A DNA stretch of 64,000 nucleotides from Callorhinchus milii (taxonomy: Eukaryota). A program made the translations under genes and the position numbers. Positions 1 through 10,782 of this stretch are shown here, piece by piece. The notes beneath the pieces were generated by a model. That model was not told the DNA's origin and did not search any database. It was given only the letters and a program-made list of their open reading frames with translations. How positions within the stretch are numbered: position 1 is the first letter of the stretch; each line of letters opens with the position of its first letter. The DNA lies in NCBI RefSeq assembly GCF_018977255.1, contig NW_024704742.1, positions 117,182,001 through 117,246,000 on the forward strand. Direction: 5' to 3'.

Positions 1-1789
1 CTGGACTAACCAGGACAGAATACTCCAAATATTCTATAGTGTGCACAATCCTCAACGTAGGGTCCTCCCGACATGAAAGGCGCTCTATAAATGTAATTTT
101 GTTGTTGTTGTTGTAGAAAGTGAATGCAATAATTAAGGTCAGGGAAATATTTCTGTAGATTGGCCAGGGGAGGAAAGCAGAGACAACAACAAGAACAGCA
201 AATTACATTTTTATAGAGCCTTTCACATCAGGAGGATGTCCCAAGATGCTGAGACAGTTAATACCATCACTGGATCATTTCCAAAGTGCTTGTTAAGCAC
301 TCTGAGTCACTACCCCACATGAAGAACATTATATAAATGCAACTTGTTGTTTGGACTCCTTGTCTGGGGAGTTGGAACTAAACCAAACCATCTTAACCAA
401 ACTGGCCACATTATTAGAGGAGTCAAGCATCAGGACTGGCCATTGAATGAAGTGTGCATAACATTTACTTTCCACGTGATTTTGCAAGTTTGAGTGAGCA
501 GGAGAAGTCGTGGAGTTTATGCTGCAGGTCAGATGCTTTGATGTAAGAGATGATAAGAAATGAGACGATTTAACAGCAGATAACATGCTGCTTGGTTTTG
601 ATGTTGAGTCCAGTGGTTTAAATAAGTTTAAAATATCAGACTGAAATATGTAAGCTATTCTCCCTTTTAGAATAATAGAAATTACAGCAAAGTCATTTGA
701 CCATTCAACCATGTGGGTGCTAGACCGTATTATCCAACCAAATAATCAGTCTGAAAACACTGCAAGAGATTTAGTTACATTCTAGTAAATATTTAAATAT
801 TTCAAATATTTAAACATATTTGTTAGTCCATAAAGCACCTACCATAGGCTATTGTTTTCACAGGTTCATAGAATCAAGACTCCCAAACTGATTGATGAAC
901 TGATCGAGATCCAAACGGACACAGGCAGTTGGCATATGAGGTGGTTTGTTCGAATCAAGACTGAAATGTGTGGAGTGAGTTAAACAAATCTGAAATTTGG
1001 TTTGTACATATTAAAATTTATGTTGTTGCTGTAATAATAACAATAATGATATACAAACAATACAACTCGCATAATAGACCCCATTGTCCTGCTAATGATA
1101 GAACATGTCTGAAATGATTGGTGACTGTAACCTTATCCTGTGTTTCAAGCACAAAAATAGGTTTACTCACAACGTCACCAAAAAATGTCTGGATTCTATT
1201 TCACTCAAGGCTGTTTTAATGCTTAATTATATGTGGTTCAATCAATTACTAACTAATCTATTAAACATCAACTGAAAACACAGAAAATGCTGATAGTTAA
1301 TAAGTCAGTGATTGACATCCCTAAATGCAAAAAATTGGACCTGAGACTATTTCCACCCAAAGTCTAATTTGCAGAACATTAAAATATTGGCTGGCTGGAC
1401 CATTAGAGAGAGATCCGATCCAGCTAGCCGGAATTTCTGGCTAAGTGTAATTACAATGCTGGTATCAATAAGCATGGTGAGGCAGGGGCACACGCGAGGA
1501 GAGTTGGGCGGGTTGGAGTCTATATGGGCCGGCTGAAATTTTAAAAAAAGAACTTCCGTTTAGGGCCCGATCTGGCTAGGTCCAAATTCTGGGTACGCGG
1601 AGTCTGCTAAGACCAGGGTTTACTGTATTTTTTTAACAAGATATCTCTAAGAAGAAATAAGAAGAAATGGGTGTTTGTTTATCAAAATTCAAAAACAACA
1701 AAGATTGCATTTCTTAGCACATTCAATGTTTTAGAAATTCACTAATGCCACATTTCTTCTTAAAACAATCAAGAAATACTAGGCAACCC

Positions 1790-2140
1790 TGATAGTGTAA
1801 TGGATAGAGCTGGTGATTTGAATCCCACTTTGTGCTGAGTTTACTAGTCTCAGACAGGTTGCATGGGTTGGCTAAATTGGCCTTAGGGTTTCTGGGTTAG
1901 GGAAAGAAAAACCTGGCAGGGTTTCTGCTCCTGGTCCCTCTACAGCACCCCCTATTGGTAGTACATGTTTGGCAGCTGGTGGGGAGAGGTTCAAGTTCTG
2001 AAATAACATCCTGTACAATTAAATGGCCTGCCAACACTCACCTGGCCTGCTGAGACTCACACATGAACAGGGGCCTCTCGAGTGGGATACCAGATGGCAA
2101 TCATTGCCCGTGGAACCATCCCTAACATGGGGAGCTTGGG
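1790..2140 (+). mobile_element. LF-SINE-like relic
   Basis: tgtgctgagtt...tctcag...aattggcc...ctgggttaggga...agggtttctgctcctg...gcctgccaacactcac...cacacatgaa...cccgtggaacc; partial relatives at ~6920-7040, ~16895-17045(-), ~42720-42950. Family name is from recall. Confidence 0.6.
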
Positions 2141-2325
2141 GACCAGCAGTAGAAAAGCATATGCCATGCAGGAGAAAATATAGAAAAACATAATTGGACA
2201 CACTAAAATCTGAACAAAAAAACCTAGAAAACAAATTCCCTTGCACTGTCACGCCTTCTAGGTTCAACCGTTGAACACAATGAAAGGAACACGATCCTCA
2301 ATGTATTGTTTTGCCTTTTTAACAG

Positions 2326-2414
2326 ATTTGGATGACATTTACAAGGTGCTTTGACTACCCAGTTAAAAGGAACACCATCATGCTGATAATTGTTTGGACA
2401 ACACTGTCCTTTGG
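2326..2414 (+). CDS. SV2C: Synaptic vesicle glycoprotein 2C, internal coding exon (IWMTFTRCFDYPVKRNTIMLIIVWTTLSFG); upstream exons lie outside the window
   Basis: Acceptor ttttaacag| and donor |gtaagt; 89 nt, phase 0 to 2; translation matches recalled SV2C IWLTFMRCFNYPVRDNTIKLTIVWFTLSFG. Confidence 0.93.
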
Positions 2415-3429
2415 GTAAGTTTTGCTGCCGTTGTAAAGGCACATCTTACTTTGCCATATGTTTTCTTGGATTCAAATATTTACATTTGATGAAAGATATG
2501 TACCGGCCAAGAATCTCACGTGTTAAATGTCTCACAAGTCAGTCCAATGGGATAGTTTCATGGTCATATTGACTAATGGATTATGGTTTTGAAATGAAAA
2601 TATTTAGGCATTCACTTATAAAATACAGTCACAATACTTACAGTAAATCCTCCTCCTGAAGTGAAAGGCGCTACAATAATAATAGTCAAGTTTGCATAAT
2701 GTTAAGTGAAAATTAATTAATATTATTATCGTCCTAATGTTATATTGGTGGCTGGTCCGGGCTGTTCTTAGTATGTTTTGTACGCATTTGAATTTTTTTG
2801 TATTGTTGTAGCCGTATAATATTATAATTTGTCTAATATTATGCAAATTTGCAGTACATTACAAAAGATCGAATAATGTTACGGCATTGTTCCAGGACCT
2901 GAAAATCAGAATGAAGAGACAGGCGGATAATCCAATGAGAGCATGGGAGAGCAGTGTAATAATAATCCTTAAATTTGATTTTGTACCTTTCACATCAGGA
3001 GGATATCTCAAAGTATTTGCTATATCAAATGCAACCATTATTATTTATCACATCTCATAATTTGTCAGGTTTTGAAAAAGGGGCAAAGATCATTTGAACA
3101 TGCATTTTATAAGTTGAAAATCTATTGAAGCCTCTTCCTGGTTTCACTTTCACCACCTGGGAATATATTTTTCATCACACAAGTGTTAGTTCTGATCTGT
3201 TTTAAGCTTGTCTTATTGCTATTCAGAGTTTGCACTCTTCAGTTAATTAATCACTTATGAAACCTTCCATTATCTGTGTTATGCTATCATGCATTCCCTT
3301 ATTTTCTCTCAAGCATCACTAAACAGATTTAATTATATAAACAGCAGAGTATTCTGGCATGTTGCTTCCTGTACATTAGCTAATGTCTTAAACAACATCG
3401 TCAAGTTTCTACCATGTGCATTATCGGAA

Positions 3430-3870
3430 GCAGCCTGGCCCAATTTGTATCACTCTCTTCTCTGAGTCTGAAGGTTGTGATTCAAGTCAATATTGAGACT
3501 TGGAACATAGTCTATGCTGTCCTCCCTCCAATGCAATGCTGGGGGTGTGCTCCCTCATCAGAGGTGCTGTCCTCCGGATGACATGTTAAACCAAGATCCC
3601 ATCTGCTTGTCCAAGTGGAAGTTAAAGATCCAATGACACTACTCGATAAGTGAAGGTAGTTTCTTCCAGCATCTTGGCTAACAGTCTTCCAAATAAAATT
3701 GATTATTCATGCCATGGCTGTTTGGTTTGAATGCTTCAAGATGCTATCCTGTGATAAGAGCACAATACAGTATATCTAAATGCAAGTTGTTGTTGGACAT
3801 TGGTGTGCGCAAATTGACTCCTGCTTTTGCCTGCAAAATAAAATGACTAATCCTATGAAGAACTTTGACA
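3430..3870 (+). mobile_element. Old SacSINE1/AmnSINE-like Deu SINE relic
   Basis: ctctgagtctgaaggttgtgattcaagtc head, gttaaagatccaatgacact and tgtgcgcaaattgact motifs; similar relics at ~17045-17360(-), ~25100-25430(-), ~33810-34070(+), ~52020-52445(+), ~52920-53170(+). Confidence 0.65.
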
Positions 3871-3985
3871 TGTATACTTTGTCCAATGTACAAAACACTG
3901 CGTCAAATGTGACAAATATTACTATTTATGAGTGATAGTCCTACAGAAAGAAATTCTTAAATCTATTCTACATTGTTTTGTACAG

Positions 3986-4150
3986 TTACTACGGCCTCTC
4001 CGTCTGGTTCCCAGATGTCATCAAACATCTTCAAGCTGACGAATATGCATCCCGAGTGAAACGGTTTGACGGGGAGAGAGTAGAAGATTTTGTATTCAAT
4101 TTTACACTGGAAAACCAGATCCACCTCAATGGTGAATACATCAGAGACAG
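3986..4150 (+). CDS. SV2C: SV2C coding exon (YYGLSVWFPDVIKHLQADEY...NFTLENQIHLNGEYIRDR), start of luminal domain 4
   Basis: tacag| acceptor, |gtcagg donor; 165 nt, in phase with neighbours; YYGLSVWFPD SV2 motif. Confidence 0.95.
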
Positions 4151-4637
4151 GTCAGGATTTCTTGGGTCATTCAACTCTGTGCATCCCAAGAGTAAAAGTT
4201 ATTTTTAGGAATTTGAAAACACTCATCTAGTAGGGTTATTTCACTATTATACTAAAAAGGTTATTTTAATGGACACATTGTAGTTTTAATCAGAAATTAA
4301 ATGTTCACAATATTGTGGTATGTTAATTAACACTGGAGTAAATATGTTAACTTATACTGGGGTTAATTAACACATTGCCTGGTCCCTCATGTTTTGGGGG
4401 CTGGTTTATGGGTTTGACCCCTCCTTACTCCATCACCTGAAGTCAACCATTGTTATCTAGCCAAGACTGTTTTCTTGGCTAGATAATGATGTGTAGAGAC
4501 CTAAGGAAACTATGATCAAAATAAAGGATTTTTTTTTAAAAAGCAGAATCTCCTCTCAACAAAACTACGGCTGGAATGATTTAGAAATACTGTACTTTCT
4601 ATAAGTCAATGCAAAAGTATATTTTCTCTCTAAACAG

Positions 4638-4771
4638 GTTTTCTCACATGAAGTTTAAAGCTGTAACCTTTGAAGACTCCCTCTTTAAGAACTGCAAATT
4701 TGAAGATACCACATCCTTAACTACCTACTTCAGGAACTGCAGCTTTATCGAAACTCTTTTCTATAATACAG
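4638..4771 (+). CDS. SV2C: SV2C coding exon (FSHMKFKAVTFEDSLFKNCKFEDTTSLTTYFRNCSFIETLFYNT), pentapeptide-repeat luminal domain
   Basis: aaacag| acceptor, |gtgagc donor; 134 nt; Phe at most fifth positions as in the SV2 LD4 beta-helix. Confidence 0.95.
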
Positions 4772-5069
4772 GTGAGCATATAACCCAGCTTGATTCTGTA
4801 TCAGTGGTAGATACATACAAGTCACATTCGGCTCACAAATTCAAGCCCCGGCCCCAGCTATTCAACAAACCCTCACTTTAATCAATGGGATCTAATTTGT
4901 GATATTTCCTTTTTAAAAAAAATCGTGCTATATGAATGCATGTTGTTGTTTAATGTCCAGCATAGACAGCATAGATGTCATGTACAAATTGTCTCCTTCT
5001 GTAGCACATGTAATTTCCATCATTCTGTGCTAGCTGTACATTTTATATTTGTTTTTGTTTTGCTCGCAG

Positions 5070-5273
5070 ATCTTGAGGACTCTAAATTCATTGATTGTCA
5101 GTTCATCAACACTACATTTCTACACAGTAAGAAAGGCTGTCAAATTAGTTTTGACGAGGACTACAGTGCCTACTGGATTTATTTTGTCAACTTCCTAGGA
5201 ACACTGGCAGTGTTACCAGGCAACATAGTCTCTGCACTACTGATGGACAGGATTGGACGACTGACAATGTTAG
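5070..5273 (+). CDS. SV2C: SV2C coding exon (DLEDSKFIDCQFINTTFLHSKKGCQISFDEDYSAYWIYFVNFLGTLAVLPGNIVSALLMDRIGRLTML)
   Basis: ctcgcag| acceptor, |gtacag donor; 204 nt; YSAYWIYFVNFLGTLAVLPGNIVSALLMDRIGRLTML matches recalled SV2C. Confidence 0.96.
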
Positions 5274-5371
5274 GTACAGTTCTACTCTCATTTTTTATAA
5301 ACATTTATCTGAAAGAGTAACATTCTGAGCTGGTCATTAGCATGCGTTTCTGGATCTAGTCTTCCCTCACT

Positions 5372-6050
5372 TCCGTAACATCGCCCGACTCCACCACTAA
5401 CTCACCCCTCAGGCCGTTGAAACTCTTGTTCATGCCTTCATACCTCCAGGCTCGACTATGCAAATGCCCTGCTTGTCAGCCTTCCCAACTCCTCCCTCCA
5501 CAGGTTGCAGATAATCCAGAACTCTGCAGCCCGTGTCCTCTCCCGCACCAAACTCCGTGACCCCATCTCCCCCAATCTTGCCCGACTCCACTGGCTCCCT
5601 ATCCTTCAGAGGATCCAGTTCAAGATCCTGGTCCTCACATACAAAGCCTTCCATGACATCGCCCCACCCTACCTCTGCGACCTCCTAACCCCCTACCAAC
5701 CAGCCCATTCCCTCTGCTCAGCCGGCTCTGCCCTGCTCCATGTCCCCCGACCCACCTGCCCCATCCGCCCCATCATTGGTGGAGCGCATTCAGCCACTCT
5801 GTCCCCAACCTCTGGAATTCCATCCCACAGTCACTCCACCTCGCCCCCTCCTTAGCCTCCTTCAGGTTCCGCCTCAAGACCCTCCTCTTCGACTATGCCA
5901 TTGGCCACCCCACTTTCCCTCCCCTCCCTTACCCTCCCAACCCCAGCTTGGGTCTGAAATGCTGTACTATGTCCAGCGCCTTGGGACGTCCTCCCGACGT
6001 GAAAGGCGCTATACAAATGTAATCTTGTTGTTGTTGTTTTTGTTGTTGTA
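5372..6050 (+). mobile_element. L2-clade LINE 3' fragment
   Basis: ORF2 C-terminal motifs IQNSAARVL...LHWLP...FKIL; 3' hairpin and (TTG)n. Confidence 0.9.
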
Positions 6051-7281
6051 GTCATGTGAGTTTATAGATGAATACAATCACCAAGTGATTCAAACTGATT
6101 CAGGTTTATTTACAAATAGAAAGCCACTACACAAAGACAAGATGTTGTAATTTGCGCATGAATTTTTAAACATTATTGATGAAAGAGTTTCATAGGAATA
6201 CAGAAAAGTACAGAACCAGGGAAAATATTGTCTTCAATCTGGCAAGTAACTCATGCTATATAGCCATGTCTTGAATTTGACACAAATCACGGCACAGACA
6301 TGCACTCAATGATAAAAGCCAACCAGATCACTGCAGGCAGTTATAATAGTAGACTGGTACTGAAATGACCAGATCAATAATTCTGCTAAGATTGAAAGAT
6401 TGTCTGTGATGTTTTCCATTCACTTTTGCTCTGTAAGGCTTGAAAGCTGTTTTCATCATTCAGCTCTTTGACTTGGTAGTTGCATTTGATATACACCAGG
6501 GTAAACAAGTGGTGAAGAAAACACAATAAAGAAGTGGAAATTATCTAGAAACCTCAACCCTTACCTGCCATCATCTACAACTTCAGTATTCAACGAAGCC
6601 CTTATTTGCTCAGTGATGGGAATGTCTTAGCCCTGTTTGACAGAATGCACAGAGAATCCATTACCTGCACTAAGATTCATTATAGACTAGGACCATGCAG
6701 CAGAAATGGGATTAAAAGATCTGCTATGATTGAATAAAATAGTGGAACAGTCTCAACGTGATAACTGGCCTGCTTCTGCTCTAGTTGTCAACACTGCATC
6801 AGTCTAAAACATGTACATAGAATAAGTAAAAGCTTTACTCTTTGCTCATGGAATTGTTGATTCTTGGTTCCCAAACTATCTCTTTATTTCTGATGTTTTT
6901 AAGGTCCCAAATCAAACCCCTCAGTGCTGAATTAGCTGATCTCAGCTTGCAGTTGAGGTGACCACAGTTGGCTTCAGCGCTCCTGGGTTAGAAAGAGAAA
7001 ACACAGCAACTATCCCACTCATGATCAGGAGAGAAGGGTCAGAATGCTGAAGGGGTAAACTGACACTGGGAAAACTGGGGGAAAAAATTCTCGCGACTGT
7101 TTGTAAACAAAGGCCAGAGGTGAAGTAAATGTATGAGAAATTAATGAGGATTTAATTTATACATGGAGTTCCACTGATAAGATTGAGGAATTCATTACAT
7201 ATTTTCCCTTACCCTAGAGAGCATGGCGCTGTTTACTCTTTTCTATGAGGAACTTACCTTGAGTATTGATTTTCCCCTCAG

Positions 7282-7441
7282 GTGGCTCCATGGTTCTCTC
7301 TGGAATCAGCTGTTTTTTCCTGTGGTTTGGTACTAGTGAGGCCATGATGATTGGCATGTTATGCTTGTACAATGGTCTGACCATTTCAGCGTGGAACTCT
7401 CTCGATGTGATCACCGTGGAGCTTTTGCCGACAGATAGGAG
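7282..7441 (+). CDS. SV2C: SV2C coding exon (GGSMVLSGISCFFLWFGTSEAMMIGMLCLYNGLTISAWNSLDVITVELLPTDRR)
   Basis: tttcccctcag| acceptor, |gtgaga donor; 160 nt; not in the ORF track on this strand but in frame with both neighbours. Confidence 0.95.
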
Positions 7442-8045
7442 GTGAGAATGTAGATCAGGGACCATTTCTTCTTGCAAGGGTCTCTTTCCACTGTGTTATC
7501 TAAAACAACTGGATACTGAAAAATCTTTTTTGTTCTTGAAACCATGCAACAATGCACCTAATCTGTATATACTGCTTTTTCATTACAGGTTAGCTGGTAA
7601 TTTGTTAAAGTAAAATTACCTGGATCTTTTCTATAATAATCCTTGCATTTGATATAGTGTCTTTCGCTTCAGGAGGATTTACTGGAAAGTATAGTGACAG
7701 TATTTTGGAGTCAGATCTTCTGTTGCCACTATCCAACAATTAAGTATTTGCATCGCTGACTACAACATGATGTTAAAGATCCCATGACACGATTCTAAAT
7801 GAGAAAGGAGTTTGTCCTGGCCAACAAACCCTCACATAAAATTGATCATGCATCTTAAGGCTGTTTATAGATCATTGCTGTGTGTAAATTGGCTGTTGAG
7901 TTTATCTACACTTACTCAGTCACTACACTTTACAGTAAATAATGTGAATCAATTACTATCTCATTGGTACCAACTGCCATCTCATTCCCAATTCTGCAAA
8001 AGTCAGAAGTGATTTGATATCAGCATGAGACATATATTGGCATCT

Positions 8046-8375
8046 TAATAATAATAATAATAATAATAATAATCCTTGCATTTTGATATAGAGCTTTTCA
8101 CGTCGGGAGGACGTCCCAAAGCGCTTTACAGAACACACTGTAAAGTGAATTGACTGTATATTTGTGGGCGAACGCGGCAGCCAATTGCGCACAGCAATGT
8201 CCCACAAACAGTCGTAGATTGAAAATGACCAATTTATTATTGTTTTTGGTTTTGGAGATATTATTAGGCGTGTGGAGTAAGGAAACTTGCCCAAGGTTTC
8301 GCCCTGCCTGGAATTGAACTCAGGTCTCTCACTTCCAAAGCGAGTGCTCTAACCACTGAGCTACAGGACTCCACA
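8046..8375 (-). mobile_element. Young full-length tRNA-derived Deu-domain SINE with L2-type tail and (TTA)n
   Basis: Reverse complement of the 37599-37930 copy; A/B boxes, Deu-like core CTGTTTGTGGGACATTGCTGTGCGCAATTGGCTGCCGCGTT. Confidence 0.9.
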
Positions 8376-8379
8376 AATT

Positions 8380-8490
8380 ATTAGAATTTTAGAATCTTAG
8401 AATTATTCAGCATAGAAGGAGGCCATTCAGCCCTGTACCGGCACTTTGAAAGAGCTGTCCAAATTAATCCCACTCCCCCATCTTTCTGAA
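8380..8490 (-). mobile_element. CR1-type 3' tail fragment
   Basis: agaaggaggccattcagccc and (TTAGAAT)-type terminal repeats. Confidence 0.7.
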
Positions 8491-8825
8491 TTATTTTAAT
8501 GATCAGCACATTGTGTAAAAGTGGTATTATGATGAAGTTGACATGAGTTAAAGACACTCACCAGTTACTTGTAGGTACTCAAGAGTAGGTCCACCAACCA
8601 TTTTTCTTCGTACCACTTTTACATGGCTGATATGTTGACAACTGTACACCTGCTGTGCAGTAAGGACGAATGTTCTACCCTGAGGTATTCCTGGCAGAAC
8701 ACTTTTGGGGGTTTGCATTCCATTTCAAACGTCACTGGTCAATGCAACAAACGATAACCCATAAATCCCAGAATTATTTAATGTAACTATCGGGTCGCAC
8801 GATGTGGGCATCACCGTAAGCCTAA

Positions 8826-9204
8826 GAATAATGATAATGTTGATCCTTGCATTTGATATAACACCTTATCACATCATCAATATGTCTGAAAGAGCTTCAC
8901 AGACTATACTGTAAAGTGAATTGATTGTATATTTTGTGGGCGAAACCCAGCAGCCAATTACATGCAGCAGTATTCCACAAACAGTCATGGATTATTTAAC
9001 CAAATTATTATTTTTTTTTAAATTTTTTTGAAGGGATTATTACCCAGAGAAACGCAATCTGCCAATCGACTGTAGTAGGTGAACAGAGGTTTGTGGAGTA
9101 AGGAAACTTGCCCAATGTTTTGCCCTGCCCGGGAATTGAACCAGGGTCTCTCGCTTGCAAGGCGAGTGCTCTAACCACTAAGATGAACCACTAAGGACTC
9201 CACA
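8826..9204 (-). mobile_element. Same SINE family, older long-form copy
   Basis: Same head and core, extra internal segment, diverged tail. Confidence 0.85.
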
Positions 9205-10598
9205 AGTATAAATATAATATAAAAGGCGAATGATATCTGCAGCTTGGACTAACTGCAAACTCTGTGTGCATCATCAGGGTGATTTAGAAAAGGAAATTGT
9301 ACAACATTTCATGTGTACATTTGTAAAATATCATTTCCATGATGCAAAGGGCAACCGGACTTCAAGCCAAAAGCAAACCCTGAGTCTAAAATAGCTCTGG
9401 AATAATATGGCACAGTCAATTCCTAATTACTTTTACATCGCTAATGTCATCTCAGAAACAAAATGTAATCTTCTGGTGACTAATAACATGTTATTCTGCT
9501 GGGTATGATTAATTAAATACAGAATCGAGACGTTACCATTATGGGAATGAAAACAGTCGTCTGTTCAGCAGTTTGCTTAATTAACTTTCTTTTTGTGCTT
9601 CCGACTGCCCAATGTACTGTGTGTGTGAAACCCAATGAGATGTCACACACGCTGACCTTGTTCCTGCAGGAATTTAAAATAATTACAGAAACAGCACAAA
9701 AACACATTTAGAAAAATGGGTTTGAAATGGTAAGGATTTGGGCCAATTGGGTTTTGCCAGCTAGTTGTGCAATGGTAGCTCAAGTCCCAGTGATCTGGAT
9801 TCTGCCCCATTTATGTTGCAATGTGGATCACAGTAGGGACATCCTGGCATTGCACAGGGTCTATTAAAAGACAATGAAACTTAGAGTTGGAATTAAGCAC
9901 CTGCGTTATGAGGCAAGAAGCTGGAAATATTCACATAAAAGAGAAGGTTTAGAGGAGATTTTATTGAGGCATCCAAGATCTTAAAGGGTACAGATATACT
10001 GAACCTTAATAATTTGTTTAACATATTGTTTTAAATAAAAACACACAATCACTCCACTTTATGGTCTATCCTTTGAAGCACTTTGGAACGTCCTCCTGAT
10101 GTGAAAGTCGCTATACTAAACGTAAGGATTATTATTGTAAATAAACTCTGCGACAAGAGAACATTGGTTTGTGGTCAGAAAAGTGAAAGTGAACAAACAG
10201 TTTGAATATAATTCTTTTTACTGAGAGAATGGTGATTGTGTTTAATGGACACCTCAAGAAGGAGATAGGCACTTCAAAAAGGATTTGCATAGCTATGACA
10301 CGTATTTTGGACTCCTACGTTATAGAAGTATGCATTGCGACCTCATTATAACATGATGTTTGGGTCTATAAAAGTAGACCTCTCGTTATAACAGGTCCGC
10401 AGAAACAAATGACAATCAAGCCCATATCTGGGTCGTCGGGTTGTTGCTGGTATAACTTGTTGCTGCCCCTCATTTTGTTTAACCTTCATGAGAAAAGTAC
10501 TTGATCAACTGAACATTCGGAACAAGTGCGTCTATTTTCATTACAAATTATTGTGTTACATTAAAAATAATTAAGCCCCACTATTTTGTGTGTTTCAG

Positions 10599-10782
10599 AG
10601 CTACAGGATTTGGCTTCTTGAATGCACTGTGCAAAGCTTCGACTGTCATGGGAAATCTCATCTTTGGCTCTTTGGTTGGTATTACCAAAGCAATCCCTAT
10701 CCTACTCGCGTCCACAGTCCTTGTTTGTGGAGGCCTCGTGGGACTCCGGCTTCCTGATACAAGAAACCAAGTGCTGATGTGA
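10599..10782 (+). CDS. SV2C: SV2C last coding exon (ATGFGFLNALCKASTVMGNLIFGSLVGITKAIPILLASTVLVCGGLVGLRLPDTRNQVLM*)
   Basis: tgtttcag| acceptor; TGA at 10780-10782; C-terminus LPDTRxQVLM typical of SV2C. Confidence 0.96.

Noticed and set aside
7214..7477. Minus-strand ORFs over SV2C exons (also 10581-10889)
   Set aside because: Antisense shadows of real coding exons
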